From NCBI GenBank assembly GCA_965205565.1, contig CBDBID010000040.1:111451-175450 (forward strand): a stretch of 64,000 bases of DNA. The letters run 5' to 3'. Positions 29,837-39,394 of this stretch are shown here, piece after piece (the stretch's first letter is position 1; each line of letters opens with the position of its first letter). The notes below the pieces were generated by a model. It worked only from the letters and a program-made list of their open reading frames with translations, searched no databases and was not told the origin of the DNA. The position numbers and the translations under genes are program-made. This DNA is from Acidobacteriota bacterium. GTDB taxonomy: Bacteria > Acidobacteriota > UBA6911 > RPQK01 > CBDBID01.

Positions 29837-30892
29837 GTGAAACCGAACATGATCAAGAAAAGTCAAGCAGAGCTGCAAAATTTAGCCAGCCACATCCTTG
29901 AAGCAGCCGGCGCTGAGACCGGTCATGCGGAGATGGTAGCCCAGCATTTGGCACTGGCCAATTTGAGCGGTGTGGACACCCATGGCGTGTGGCATCTGTC
30001 CGGATACGTCAAAGGCCTGAAATCCGGGGAGATTCACCCCTCAGCAAAGCCTTCCATCCTGAAGGAAACGCCGACGTCCGCCCTGGTGACCGGGAATTGG
30101 ACTTTCGGACATGTGGCGGCGCACGTCGCTACGGAAGTGGGAATGGATAAGGCCGACTCAGCCGGGATCAGTGTGGTGGGTCTGGTGCAGTCCCATCATA
30201 TTGGTCGGCTCGGACACTTTGCAGAGATGGCAGCCCGACAAGGCTTGATTTCCATGATCTGGGCGGGAGGGCAGGGCAGATTGAAGCCGGCGGCGGTACC
30301 TTACGGTGGGAGTGAACGGCTGCTGCACACCAATCCGATCGCTCTGGGTATGCCGGCTGGCAACGAACCTCCGTTCATAGCAGACTTCGCCACCACCGCG
30401 GCTTCGGGAGTGAAAATCGACAACGCCTACCGGAGGCGGGAGTCGCTGCCGGAAGGTTGGATCGTCGACAGAGAGGGCAATCCAACCACCAATCCGGCTG
30501 ATTTTTTCGACGGTGGTGCTCACCTGCCGTTTGGATCCCACAAGGGTTACTCGATCATGCTGGCGGCGGAGGTCTTGGGAAGGATCTTTACCGGGGCGGA
30601 TGCCTTCTCGGATCCAAACTGGTGCAGCGACATCATGCGCAACCAGGGGGTGAGTTTTTTCTTTGTCCGCACCGACCTGTTTCAAGAACCGCAGCAGTAC
30701 CAGCGTCTGGCCGATGAACTGGGAAACCAGATCCGGACCAATGCTCCGGCTCCCGGTTTTTCTGAGGTCATGGCCCCTGGAGGTCCTGAGGTCCGGGCCC
30801 GAGCGGAGCGAGCTCGGGACGGGATTCCTGTGGCCGAAGATATCTGGAAAGACCTGGTCAAATTGTCCGAAACCCTCAACCTGCAGATCTGA
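29837..30892 (+). CDS. Ldh_2-family (malate/L-lactate/sulfolactate dehydrogenase type 2) oxidoreductase
   Basis: GVDTHGVWHLSGY, SHHIGRLGHFAEMAA and the overall Ldh_2 pattern; 351 aa. Confidence 0.7.
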   Translation: MKPNMIKKSQAELQNLASHILEAAGAETGHAEMVAQHLALANLSGVDTHGVWHLSGYVKGLKSGEIHPSAKPSILKETPTSALVTGNWTFGHVAAHVATEVGMDKADSAGISVVGLVQSHHIGRLGHFAEMAARQGLISMIWAGGQGRLKPAAVPYGGSERLLHTNPIALGMPAGNEPPFIADFATTAASGVKIDNAYRRRESLPEGWIVDREGNPTTNPADFFDGGAHLPFGSHKGYSIMLAAEVLGRIFTGADAFSDPNWCSDIMRNQGVSFFFVRTDLFQEPQQYQRLADELGNQIRTNAPAPGFSEVMAPGGPEVRARAERARDGIPVAEDIWKDLVKLSETLNLQI

Positions 30893-31280
30893 GCGATGTC
30901 CAGAGACGCGCAAAACCCGTCGCGAGCCTTTTTTGGAGAACGGGCCGCCCCTCTGAACGGAAGATTGCACGGCCGTTCAAGGCGGGGTATCGTTCTTGCC
31001 GACGTTTCGTTAGTGGAGATCCTGCTCGGTTTTGGACAGGATCTCTTGGAGTCTCCGCTCCCTTAGAGGGCGTCACGAAAGGCGGATTAGGCGAACTATG
31101 ACGGAGCTACGGTCGTGAGACCGCAGATGTAACCTGTTGATTATGGATTAGTTCCTCTGCAATCTTACCAATTTCAGCTCTGATCTCCGCACCACTTGGA
31201 GGTGCTCAGGAGGCCTTTTTCGACACCCTCTTACGCGAGAGTCACCACAAAGATGGGTTGGCCGACCTTGAAGCGGTGGC

Positions 31281-33077
31281 GTGACGACTACGGGTCGCTC
31301 TATTAGAATCTTCCACCCATTCTTAGCCTGGTCGAGCGGACCGCGCAGAAAGAGGAAATGGCCCTTGCCTCGAGTGTTCCATCTGGCAATCTTCAGTCTT
31401 CTACTCCTACCCCCCGCTTCGGGATTTCCCTTCGCAGGCCAGCAGGAGGAAAAGATTGACTTCGTGGATCTTTCCCTGCCTGTGGCTTCCGACTACCCGG
31501 CCACCTGGCCCACTGGCATGCCCATTTTCCAGATCAATCACTACCTTCGCATCGGTCCTTCAAGTCCCTACAACAGCGACATCCTGGTCATCGACCCAAA
31601 CACCGGAACTCAGCTTGACGTGCCACCCCACTCCATCCCCGAGCCCGGGTCAGGTCTCCCCAATGGGGGACCGTTGGGACTGGCTTACACCGACACGATT
31701 CCGGCCTGGCAGTTCGGTGGTGAAGCCTGTGTAGTCGACGTTCGAGAATTACTGGACCAGAGTGAGCCGGGGCATAGCAGTCTCATTCGAAAGACGCATC
31801 TTCTGGAATGGGAGGCCAAGCACCGTCCCTTTCAATTCGGAGACGTGGTTCTCTTTCACAGTGGCTACAGCGACCGCTACTACAAGCGCTTTCCCGCAGG
31901 ACGCCGCTTCGTCGCAGATCCGGTGGAGGGAAAGGCTCCGGCCTGGCCGGGACCGCATCCGGAGGTGATGGAATATCTGGCCTCCCGCAAGGTGATGACA
32001 CTGGGTACGGACGGCGCGAGCATGGGGCCCTTGCCCGATCTGGCTGAGCCGTCCCATCTGGCGGGTCTGCAACATGGCATGATCTGGACGGAGAGCGCCA
32101 CTCAGCTGGGGCGCCTTCCAGATCGCGGAGCCTTTTACTGCATGCTGTTTCCCAAACATCGCGCCAGCCCCACCAGTGAAGGAAGGGCTTTTGCTATCGT
32201 GGGAGATCCACTGGCTGGCTGGCTCATCGAAAGATTTCGGGAGAAAAAAGTGGTGGATCTCTCAGTGGTCCTGGCTCAAGATTTGCCGGTTTCCTGGCCG
32301 GGACGGGGCGCGGGGCGACACCGTCAGGCCTATCTTCGAATCCCGTTCGGAGAGAATCCGGTGGTTGGAAAGCCTTCCGAAACCCACATGTTGGACAGCC
32401 ACAGTGGCACTCACCTGGTGCCCCCAACCTACGCCTTGCCTCATTATCCCCCCAATACAAAAGTCAAAAACTATGATTCGGTAGTGAACGCCTGGATCAA
32501 GGACCACGAAAGGAAGTACGGCCCCCTTCCCGTCAGTCAGACCACTGCGGACAAGGTCCCGATCCAGCAGACCTCAGGTTGGGCTCGTGTGCTGGATGTC
32601 CGGGAGCTGGTAGGCACGACCCGCCCGGAAAGCTGGCCGGCTTCCCCCCGGGTGACGCCGGATCATCTCCGGGCATTTGAGCAGCGATCCGGAGAGTTGA
32701 AAGTGGGTGAGATCGTCATTTTCTCGAGTGTTTATAGCGATGAGAAGTGCACCCGGCAGATGCCCAAGGGGCAGTCTTGTATGGTGGATCCTCTCAATGG
32801 GAAGAGCGAGGGCTGGCCTTCTGTCAGTGCCGAAGCAATCGTTTATCTGGCGGAGAAGGGAATTCGTTGCGTTGCCACTGACGCGCCCACCTTGGGGGGT
32901 GTTAACCCCCGCCAGGCGTTGATGACCTACTGGGCTCTGGGCAGTCGGGGAATGGTAGCGGTGGAGTATCTGACCAACGTCGGCCAGCTGCCCGAACGCG
33001 GCTATTTTCTATTTGCGGCGGCCAAGGTGTTGGGTGCGCACGGGGCCCCCGGACGGGCTATTGCTGTGCATGATTGA
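31281..33077 (+). CDS. secreted protein with two tandem cyclase-family (PF04199-like) domains
   Basis: Signal-peptide-like VFHLAIFSLLLLPPASG (the true start is possibly the GTG near 31369); HxGTHxD-like motifs in each half (QLDVPPHS..., DSHSGTHLVPP). Confidence 0.55.
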   Translation: MTTTGRSIRIFHPFLAWSSGPRRKRKWPLPRVFHLAIFSLLLLPPASGFPFAGQQEEKIDFVDLSLPVASDYPATWPTGMPIFQINHYLRIGPSSPYNSDILVIDPNTGTQLDVPPHSIPEPGSGLPNGGPLGLAYTDTIPAWQFGGEACVVDVRELLDQSEPGHSSLIRKTHLLEWEAKHRPFQFGDVVLFHSGYSDRYYKRFPAGRRFVADPVEGKAPAWPGPHPEVMEYLASRKVMTLGTDGASMGPLPDLAEPSHLAGLQHGMIWTESATQLGRLPDRGAFYCMLFPKHRASPTSEGRAFAIVGDPLAGWLIERFREKKVVDLSVVLAQDLPVSWPGRGAGRHRQAYLRIPFGENPVVGKPSETHMLDSHSGTHLVPPTYALPHYPPNTKVKNYDSVVNAWIKDHERKYGPLPVSQTTADKVPIQQTSGWARVLDVRELVGTTRPESWPASPRVTPDHLRAFEQRSGELKVGEIVIFSSVYSDEKCTRQMPKGQSCMVDPLNGKSEGWPSVSAEAIVYLAEKGIRCVATDAPTLGGVNPRQALMTYWALGSRGMVAVEYLTNVGQLPERGYFLFAAAKVLGAHGAPGRAIAVHD

Positions 33078-33187
33078 GGGGAACCCTGCCTGCGCGGCGC
33101 GTTAGCTGAGGCCGCTGGTACATTCGAAAGGAAGAGACTGATTTTGGAGGGTAGGCGTCCCCGAGGGAACGGGTCTGCGCCTGCTCC

Positions 33188-33961
33188 TCAATCCAGATCG
33201 GCGATCACCGGCGCGTGGTCGGAGGCGGTCATTCCTTCCTTCTTCTTGCGATAATCCCGGTCGATCTCAATGCGCTCTATACGGTTCGCCAGAGCGCGAG
33301 TCATCAGCAAGAAATCGATGCGCAGACCCTGGTTCTTGTGAAAGGCGCCGGCTCGGTAGTCCCACCAGGAAAAGGCCTGTTTGTTTGGGTGGCGAAGGCG
33401 GTAGGCATCGATCAGCCCCCAATCCAGAAGCCATTTGAACCGGGACCGTTCTGCTTCGGTGTGAAAGATCTGGCCCTGAAAACGATCCTCGTTCCAGGAG
33501 TCCAGGCCGCTGGGGCAGATGTTGAAGTCTCCGCACAGGATGAAGGGATCCGCGGCAGAGCCGTCTTGCTCCAAGTAAGTGGCCAAACCGTCGAGCCAGG
33601 CGAGCTTACGTCCAAACTCTTTGTCATCCACGTGACGGCCGTTCGGGCAGTACACCGACACCACGCTGGTTCCTCCTGCGCTGGCACCGATCAGGCGCGC
33701 CCCCAAATGTTCCTGACCAGGTAGCCCCAGCTGGCTGGGCTTCATAGGCTTTGAACTCAGAATGGCAACTCCATTCCACGTTTTTTGGCCGTGGCTGAGG
33801 GCTGAATACCCTTCGGCCGCGAGATCCTCGTGAGGGAACTTTTCGTCGGCTAGTTTCAGTTCCTGGAGGGCCACGATGTCGGGTCGTCGCGCCCGCAGCC
33901 AATGAATCAGGAAGTCAAAGCGAGCCTGGAGTCCGTTGATGTTCCAAGTGGCAATCCGCAT
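33188..33961 (-). CDS. xth: exodeoxyribonuclease III
   Basis: MRIATWNINGLQARFDFL...IVALQE...SDHAPVIADLD; 258 aa from the Met at 33961 (the ORF-track start at 34222 over-extends). Confidence 0.85.
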   Translation of the reverse strand: MRIATWNINGLQARFDFLIHWLRARRPDIVALQELKLADEKFPHEDLAAEGYSALSHGQKTWNGVAILSSKPMKPSQLGLPGQEHLGARLIGASAGGTSVVSVYCPNGRHVDDKEFGRKLAWLDGLATYLEQDGSAADPFILCGDFNICPSGLDSWNEDRFQGQIFHTEAERSRFKWLLDWGLIDAYRLRHPNKQAFSWWDYRAGAFHKNQGLRIDFLLMTRALANRIERIEIDRDYRKKKEGMTASDHAPVIADLD

Positions 33962-33993
33962 GGGCGTGACCGTGTCGCAGGAGCCGATCCAGG

Positions 33994-35004
33994 CTAGGGG
34001 CTTCTCACCTGATCGCCCACCTGGACGCCACTGCCGGAAATCAAGGTGCCCACTGAAAAGGCCTCTCCCACCTCGGTGATGCGGAGCTGGCCAACGGCTG
34101 CGGTTACTTCTCGTAGCACCTTTCCGCTGGCGGGATCTTTGGTGGTTCGCGTCACCCGGAGAATGTCCAAAACGGAATCCTGTTCGATTCCGTGATCGCT
34201 GCCTACGTTCAAGGTAATCCAAGAGGCATCCACGTCCGCCACCAGATCTCGGATCTCAATCTTGGTGGCCGCTATCCGATCGTTGAGTTTGACCAGTTGT
34301 GAGGAAAGATCTCCGACCGCGGAGGTCACAGCTTCGCCTAGAATGGTTTCACGAAAGTCGCTGCTGCTCATGCTCACGCCGCCAGCTCCGAATCCACCCC
34401 CACCGGCTCCCACGCCGGCCAGAAGTAATCCACTCCTTTCGGACAGTCCGGTTCCCTTGGCGACCGCTAGGATTTCGCCAGTATTGACATCCACCATGCG
34501 GGCGTCCACGGCGACCTTGGCCTGCCCCTTCTGAGTGCCGAACTTGCCGCCGCCGAAGCCACCGAAACGCCCCCCGAGGCCGCCAATGCTGAATCCTTTT
34601 TTCTCGGTTCCAAATTGAGTGATGCTGCCTACAATAATGGCGGTTACTCCCAGAATCTTGCCGATCTGGGCGGCGCTCGTCGGGTTGGCGCGTTCGCTGT
34701 TGGAAAAGTTCTGCTCGGCCAGAACGGCATCGAGCCGCTTGCGTTCGATCACGCTATAGGTTCCGTCCGTGACCAGTTCGGTCACGATCATATCGGAGAT
34801 TCCCTTACCGATGTCCCAGGTGCCCTCCCACCAGCGCTGAACGGTGGCGTAATCGAAATCAAGGATGGCAACTCTCTTTCGCGGCGAAGCAGCACCCAGA
34901 GCCAGGGTACTTGCCACCGCTACCATCAGCCAGGTTGCTACAATTCTTCTCAAAGCATCACCTCCTGAATGTGAAGAGAATCCGAGTCTGAGTGCCATGG
35001 GCAA
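33994..35004 (-). CDS. CsgG-family (curli-type secretion channel-like) lipoprotein
   Basis: RVAILDFDYATVQ...GKGISDMIVTELVTDGTYSVIERKRLDAVLAEQNF is the CsgG signature; Gly-rich linker and extra C-terminal domain. Confidence 0.6.
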   Translation of the reverse strand: MPMALRLGFSSHSGGDALRRIVATWLMVAVASTLALGAASPRKRVAILDFDYATVQRWWEGTWDIGKGISDMIVTELVTDGTYSVIERKRLDAVLAEQNFSNSERANPTSAAQIGKILGVTAIIVGSITQFGTEKKGFSIGGLGGRFGGFGGGKFGTQKGQAKVAVDARMVDVNTGEILAVAKGTGLSERSGLLLAGVGAGGGGFGAGGVSMSSSDFRETILGEAVTSAVGDLSSQLVKLNDRIAATKIEIRDLVADVDASWITLNVGSDHGIEQDSVLDILRVTRTTKDPASGKVLREVTAAVGQLRITEVGEAFSVGTLISGSGVQVGDQVRSP

Positions 35005-35061
35005 CCTCGGAACATCTTCAGTCGTTCCTCGTCTCGTCCGCTGAAGTGCATCCCTAGCCTT

Positions 35062-35636
35062 TCAGCGGATCCATTTTAGTCTTCCGCTTTGGAAGAGTAG
35101 GGAAAAGCTCGAGTATTTCCAAACCTGTTTCGTGCCTACTGGGCTTCTCTCCAGAGGGGTTCCCACCGCCAACGCTACCTCCTCACCGGTCATGCCCTCT
35201 GAAAGCCGCCGGGACTCTGTGAGGTCGGACCAGGCCTCTTCGGGAAAGGTTTCACGGTCCTTCCATTGCTCGACGAAGCGCGCACTAGTGGAAGGCTCTT
35301 TCTGCCAGGCGCGCCAAGCGTAGACTGAGGACACCCATGGGGTCCAGCTGCTCCACCCAAAGAAGGTGCGGCCGCGCTGCCCTGCAAAACGTTTTTCCTT
35401 GAAAGAACGCGATGAACCAAAGAGTCCTACAGGCCCCCCACCGCGGAAGAAGGCGCCCCCGAACAAAGAGAAAGGGGATCCGAGAAATCCGATTCCCAAC
35501 CGGCCTCTTTCCAAGCTTGAATCCAGCGGTTGCCCTTGATGCTAACCCGGCTCTGGGCGGGCAGTAAGGTTCCGGTAAGGAAAAGGAGTGCGATCGCAAG
35601 GATCAGTTTCTGCTTCATGGCAGCGCGCGTGTTCAC
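35062..35636 (-). CDS. small exported protein, BamE/SmpA_OmlA-like C-terminus, split over two frames
   Basis: Signal peptide MKQKLILAIALLFLTGTLLPAQS (frame A, 35427-35636); GMTGEEVALAVGTPLERSPVGTKQVWKY (frame B, 35062-35514). Confidence 0.3.
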
Positions 35637-35926
35637 GTTAACATAGATTCGAAAGCGCCATCAATTGTTCAATTGTCTCAATTGTGGCTCCAAAAAGTGG
35701 GATCCGAGGGGAGTCTCCAACCGCGAACTGCTGAGGAGCCATACGTCTGATAGGCTCTCGCCGAAAAACGCTAGAGGATGAGGGTTAAGATTTGTGGAAT
35801 GACCAGGGCAACGGACGCTTGGGTAGGGTCTCATTTTCTGTGTGCGGCAGAAACAATTTCCGGTCCTGATGGTATCTTACAGCAGGAGGTAATTTGATGA
35901 TAGCGTTATAACTCCGTCGCCTAAAA

Positions 35927-36577
35927 TTGACCCCTCTCTTTGCCTGTTACTTTGGCCTTCTTCCCTTGCTTTTCGCACAAGCGCAGGCAACGGAGAAAAG
36001 AGCTGAGCCAGAGTCTCAGGGCGATCGACCATCACACCCTTATCTGGGAGATCACGGCCGAAGGATGGCTGAATTTGGTGGCCAAGGCCCAAGGCTATTG
36101 TTGAGGGCACTTCGCAGTCAAAAGCTTCAGAAAGAGTTGAGCCTCACCGAGGAACAGCGTACCAAGCTTGAGGATTTTGGTTTCAACGCCGCCAAAACGA
36201 TGATTGAACAACGGGCTGCCATACAGGTTCAACGGTTGAAACTGCATCGCTTGATGGCCAGTGAGAATCCGGACCGAGGTGCGATTGACCAGACTCTGAA
36301 CAAGATCGCCGAGACTCGTGGTTCCTTGTCGCGTTCCCTTGTGAACTCCTTTTTGGATGCTCGAAACGTCCTCGCTGAAGAGCGCGGGACAAACTGCGGC
36401 AGCTTATGCGCAAGAAGATGCGCCAGCGATTTCACCAGCGTGAGCGCAGAAAACATTTTAGGGGCCGCCATCCAGCTCCGCCGCCCGAGCCACCTGGTCA
36501 GTGAAGGTCCAACAAACCCTGCATGTCCCGTTGCAGGCGCATCCCTTGCGAGGCGAGCCATTGGAGTCTGCGCTTGA
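35927..36577 (+). CDS. Spy/CpxP-family periplasmic protein (LTXXQ motif)
   Basis: Signal peptide; LSLTEEQRTKLEDF; the C-terminal ~50 aa look frame-shifted. Confidence 0.45.
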   Translation: MTPLFACYFGLLPLLFAQAQATEKRAEPESQGDRPSHPYLGDHGRRMAEFGGQGPRLLLRALRSQKLQKELSLTEEQRTKLEDFGFNAAKTMIEQRAAIQVQRLKLHRLMASENPDRGAIDQTLNKIAETRGSLSRSLVNSFLDARNVLAEERGTNCGSLCARRCASDFTSVSAENILGAAIQLRRPSHLVSEGPTNPACPVAGASLARRAIGVCA

Positions 36578-36855
36578 GGGCCAAGTGTGCCGGCGTCACG
36601 GTGCCTCACCTTAGGCAAGTCTGGAAGGCGGCGGATCTGAGACCGCACCGGATCAAGACTTTAAAGATCAGTACCGATCCGAACTTCTCCTAGAAGATCA
36701 TCGGCATCGTGGGCCTGTATCAACGCGACCGGTGGGACTCCTAATTTCCCCGCCTTTCATCTTGACTGCTCTCCGTTTGTGGGCCAACCTTTCAAATCTC
36801 TCAACACCGCTGGCGCCTGAGCTGGAGAAACAATCCTGAATCGTGGAAGAGGTAG

Positions 36856-37309
36856 ATGGCCAGAAGCCTGATGCTCATTGCAGCTGCGACCTTTATCATC
36901 GCTCCGCCGTCCCCGACACCCAAGGCCGGGGAGGAAACTTTGGCTGAGAGCAAGAAGGTGGAACGAATTGCAATTACGGAACTCAAGAAGAAGCTTGACG
37001 GTGGCGTAAAAATTCCTCTTGATTGATGTCCGAGAGGATTGGGAATTGGAAGAACATGGGGCGATCCCGGGTGCCCTTCACATCCCCGTGGGCGAGCTCG
37101 ACGACCGGATGAAGGATATTCCCAAGGGTGTCGGCATCGTCTTCTACTGAATGGGTGGAGGGCGCGCGTCGCGCGCCGCCGAGAAGTTCATCAAGGCCGG
37201 CTACAATACTGGTCAGTTTTGTGGCCTTCGCGACTGGAAGAAAGACGGTCAGGAAGTCGTCGAGAAAGTGGATCGGCCGCCAGCAGGACCGATCCAGCCA
37301 GAAAGATAG
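36856..37309 (+). CDS. single-domain rhodanese (sulfurtransferase) with TGA at the active-site Cys position (candidate selenoprotein) and a +1 frameshift in an A5 run
   Basis: ATG 36856 with signal-like N-terminus. The frame switches at AAAAA 37008-37012 (A5 -> A4 restores DGGVKFLLIDVREDWELEEHGAIPGALHIPVGEL). IVFY-[TGA 37148-37150]-MGGGRASRAAEKFIKAGY places the TGA exactly where the rhodanese catalytic Cys (CRSGxR loop) sits. Stop is TAG 37307-37309. Confidence 0.55.
37161..37177 (+). promoter_or_regulatory. SECIS-like hairpin (GGCGCGC-GUC-GCGCGCC) starting at the 11th nt after the UGA
   Basis: 7-bp stem, 3-nt GUC loop, 10-nt spacer after TGA 37148-37150; identical architecture to the hairpin at 4805-4821. 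Confidence 0.45.
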
Positions 37310-37321
37310 CTAACCCTCAAT

Positions 37322-38071
37322 TCATGGCTCATCTGTGTCTGGGTGCCGGAGAGATGACCGACCTGTGCTTTGGCAGGTCGCTGCTGCCTCCAACAACTCC
37401 CTCAGCTTCCTGAGTGCCGCTTCCTGTCTGCCCTGAATGGTCGACGCGGGAATTCCCGTTTCCCTTGAAACTTCTGCTCGTTTCCGCTCACTGACGTCGA
37501 ATTCAATGGCCTGCTGCTGGTAGCTAGGAAGAGACTTCACGGTTGGCAGCATGCTGAGATCGTAGAGTTCAAGCCGCTCTCGGCGCTCCAGAACGGCATG
37601 CGGGGATTCGTCTAAGGCGCCTATCAGCTCTCCGTCGCTTTCTAGCCGGGCTGTGCCACTTTCAGGTAGCCGGCGATGACCATGACGAGTACGCCCAGCA
37701 TGATGGTGATGCGCAACCAAAGTTTCGCGTTTTGCCGGATACGCTCGAACGCTGCGGCTCTTCCGGTAAGTGCGGATCTCAAGGAAAAAGATGCCAAACG
37801 CGAGAAGGATTTTGATTCCCATAAGTGTGTTGTATAGCGTGTCTCCGCGATGCTCGGGAAGCGAAACGACAAGGTAATTGTAGAATCCGCTGGCGAGAAA
37901 CAGCACGATACCGATCATGACAACGACCTTCCATCGGCCCATGATGTGCCCTCGCAGGGCCTGCTGTTCCTCCTCCGGCAGCTGCGTTGCGGCGGGCATC
38001 AGCACAAAGCGCATGAAGATGCTTCCCCCCAGGACAACAATCGCGGTGGCAACGTGAACGACACGGGACAC
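37322..38071 (-). CDS. 4-TM membrane protein fused in frame to a sigma-70 region-4-like HTH (possible fusion artefact of an ECF sigma gene)
   Basis: The N-terminal 130 aa are hydrophobic helices; the C-terminus LPSYQQQAIEFDVSERKRAEVSRETGIPASTIQGRQEAALRKLRELL is a typical sigma region 4. Confidence 0.3.
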   Translation of the reverse strand: MSRVVHVATAIVVLGGSIFMRFVLMPAATQLPEEEQQALRGHIMGRWKVVVMIGIVLFLASGFYNYLVVSLPEHRGDTLYNTLMGIKILLAFGIFFLEIRTYRKSRSVRAYPAKRETLVAHHHHAGRTRHGHRRLPESGTARLESDGELIGALDESPHAVLERRERLELYDLSMLPTVKSLPSYQQQAIEFDVSERKRAEVSRETGIPASTIQGRQEAALRKLRELLEAAATCQSTGRSSLRHPDTDEP

Positions 38072-38203
38072 AATGTCCAGAGCTTCCGTCCGATTTCTCC
38101 TTGCAGCGGCAAGCTCATCTTGTGAGAAATCGCCGAGAGCTACAATATCGGCTCATCTGCCGAGGAGTGGCGGGAAGAGAAGTCCGCCTTTCCAATCCAA
38201 AGG

Positions 38204-38900
38204 GTGAGCAAGGAAGCGACGGAAAATATTCGGCTCGTTCCAGACGACGATGACGAAATCTTGGCTCCTGGGGGTGTCTACCCGCCACTCCTATCGAACA
38301 AGTCGATGACGGTGGATGCCGTCTGCGTTAGCGTCAGGCGGTTTCCTTTCTGGAACCGCGATTGCATCGTACGACACCTTCCGAATCTTCGCACCTGATG
38401 AGTACGCTGGAGTAAAAGTGCCCCTTTACGCACTCTGGAAGAAGAAGTGGGAAAGACGGGGACTACCGCCATCTTCCAAAATCGGCAAGCTGGTGGTGAT
38501 CGTAGCATCGACGGTGCGCTGATTTCACAGACCCAGACGATTTCGTGTTTTGCCGAGCTGACGGCAGCCCACTGGACACTGATTTGCTTCGCCGAACGGG
38601 GATCTACCCGGCACTGGAAAAGGCGGGAATCCCCTTCAAGAAACGCGCGAGCGGGTGTCATGCCTTTCGGCACCTCGTGGCCAGCATTATTCACGAGGCT
38701 AGGGGGAGTCTGAAGCTGGCCCAAAGTCAGTTGGGTCATTTCTACGACTAGCGACATCTACACGCAAGTGGTACGACCGAGAGCTGGAGAAGTTTTCTTC
38801 CGCTCTGGATCGAGCACTGGGTCAGGGTAATGACGTTGTAGAAATATTGATACGACGAAGAAATTGGTACCAGCTCGGTGCAGTAAATATCAACTCAAGA
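38204..38900 (+). pseudogene. tyrosine recombinase (phage-type integrase) remnant, multiply frameshifted
   Basis: Catalytic C-terminal motifs HAFRHLVAS...LAQSQLGH then, in other frames, TTSDIYTQV / WYDRELEKF. Confidence 0.45.
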
Positions 38901-38926
38901 TCCATGGAATCCAAGGGTTAAGCGTT

Positions 38927-38960
38927 AGCGCCCGACAGGATTTGAACCTGCGACCTTTGG
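38927..38960 (-). other. 3' fragment of a tRNA gene (variable loop-T arm-acceptor 3' strand), probable integrase attachment-site remnant
   Basis: Minus-strand AGGTCGCAGGTTCAAATCCTGTCGGGCGCT has a perfect T arm and acceptor 3' strand but no matching 5' acceptor strand or anticodon arm; directly downstream of the integrase remnant. Confidence 0.4.
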
Positions 38961-39394
38961 TTGCGTAGTCAAACGGGAGGGCCGCGACGGCCCTCCCATA
39001 TTTCACTGCACACTAAGCGGATGCAGTGTACTTGCAGAAACACTAGCCAATCCTCCCAGTCAGCCTGAGTCAGCTGGAATAAGCCTGAGTCATGTCCTGA
39101 CTGGCACATTTCTTAGCCCATTTCTAGGCCCCCGCCCCCCCCGCTTGGGGCTGCCTTTCCACCAGCTTATATACGTTTTGGCACACAGGCGTCAGTGACC
39201 AATTTCGAGCAGTGGAGGTCAGTGCTGTTCCTGTCTACAATGCGGATCAATCACCCGCGTGCGGTCTGCTAACGAGAGCGAGGGGTGACCATCTTCTGGA
39301 AGGAACAGGCTCGGAGAAAGAGCATGAAAGAGAAAAGCAGCCGCCTGATAGTCATCTTCACTGCGTTGATTCGGGTCACTCTGATGGTAGTAGA

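Noticed and set aside
38927-39060. Possible complete tRNA or tRNA-Sec (selC) at the tRNA-like T arm and long GC hairpin (GGGAGGGCC-GTCGC-GGCCCTCCC)
   Set aside because: No 5' acceptor strand complementary to CGGGCGC and no acceptable anticodon stem. The GC hairpin is too long for a variable arm. Best read as a tRNA 3' fragment (att remnant) plus a separate hairpin.
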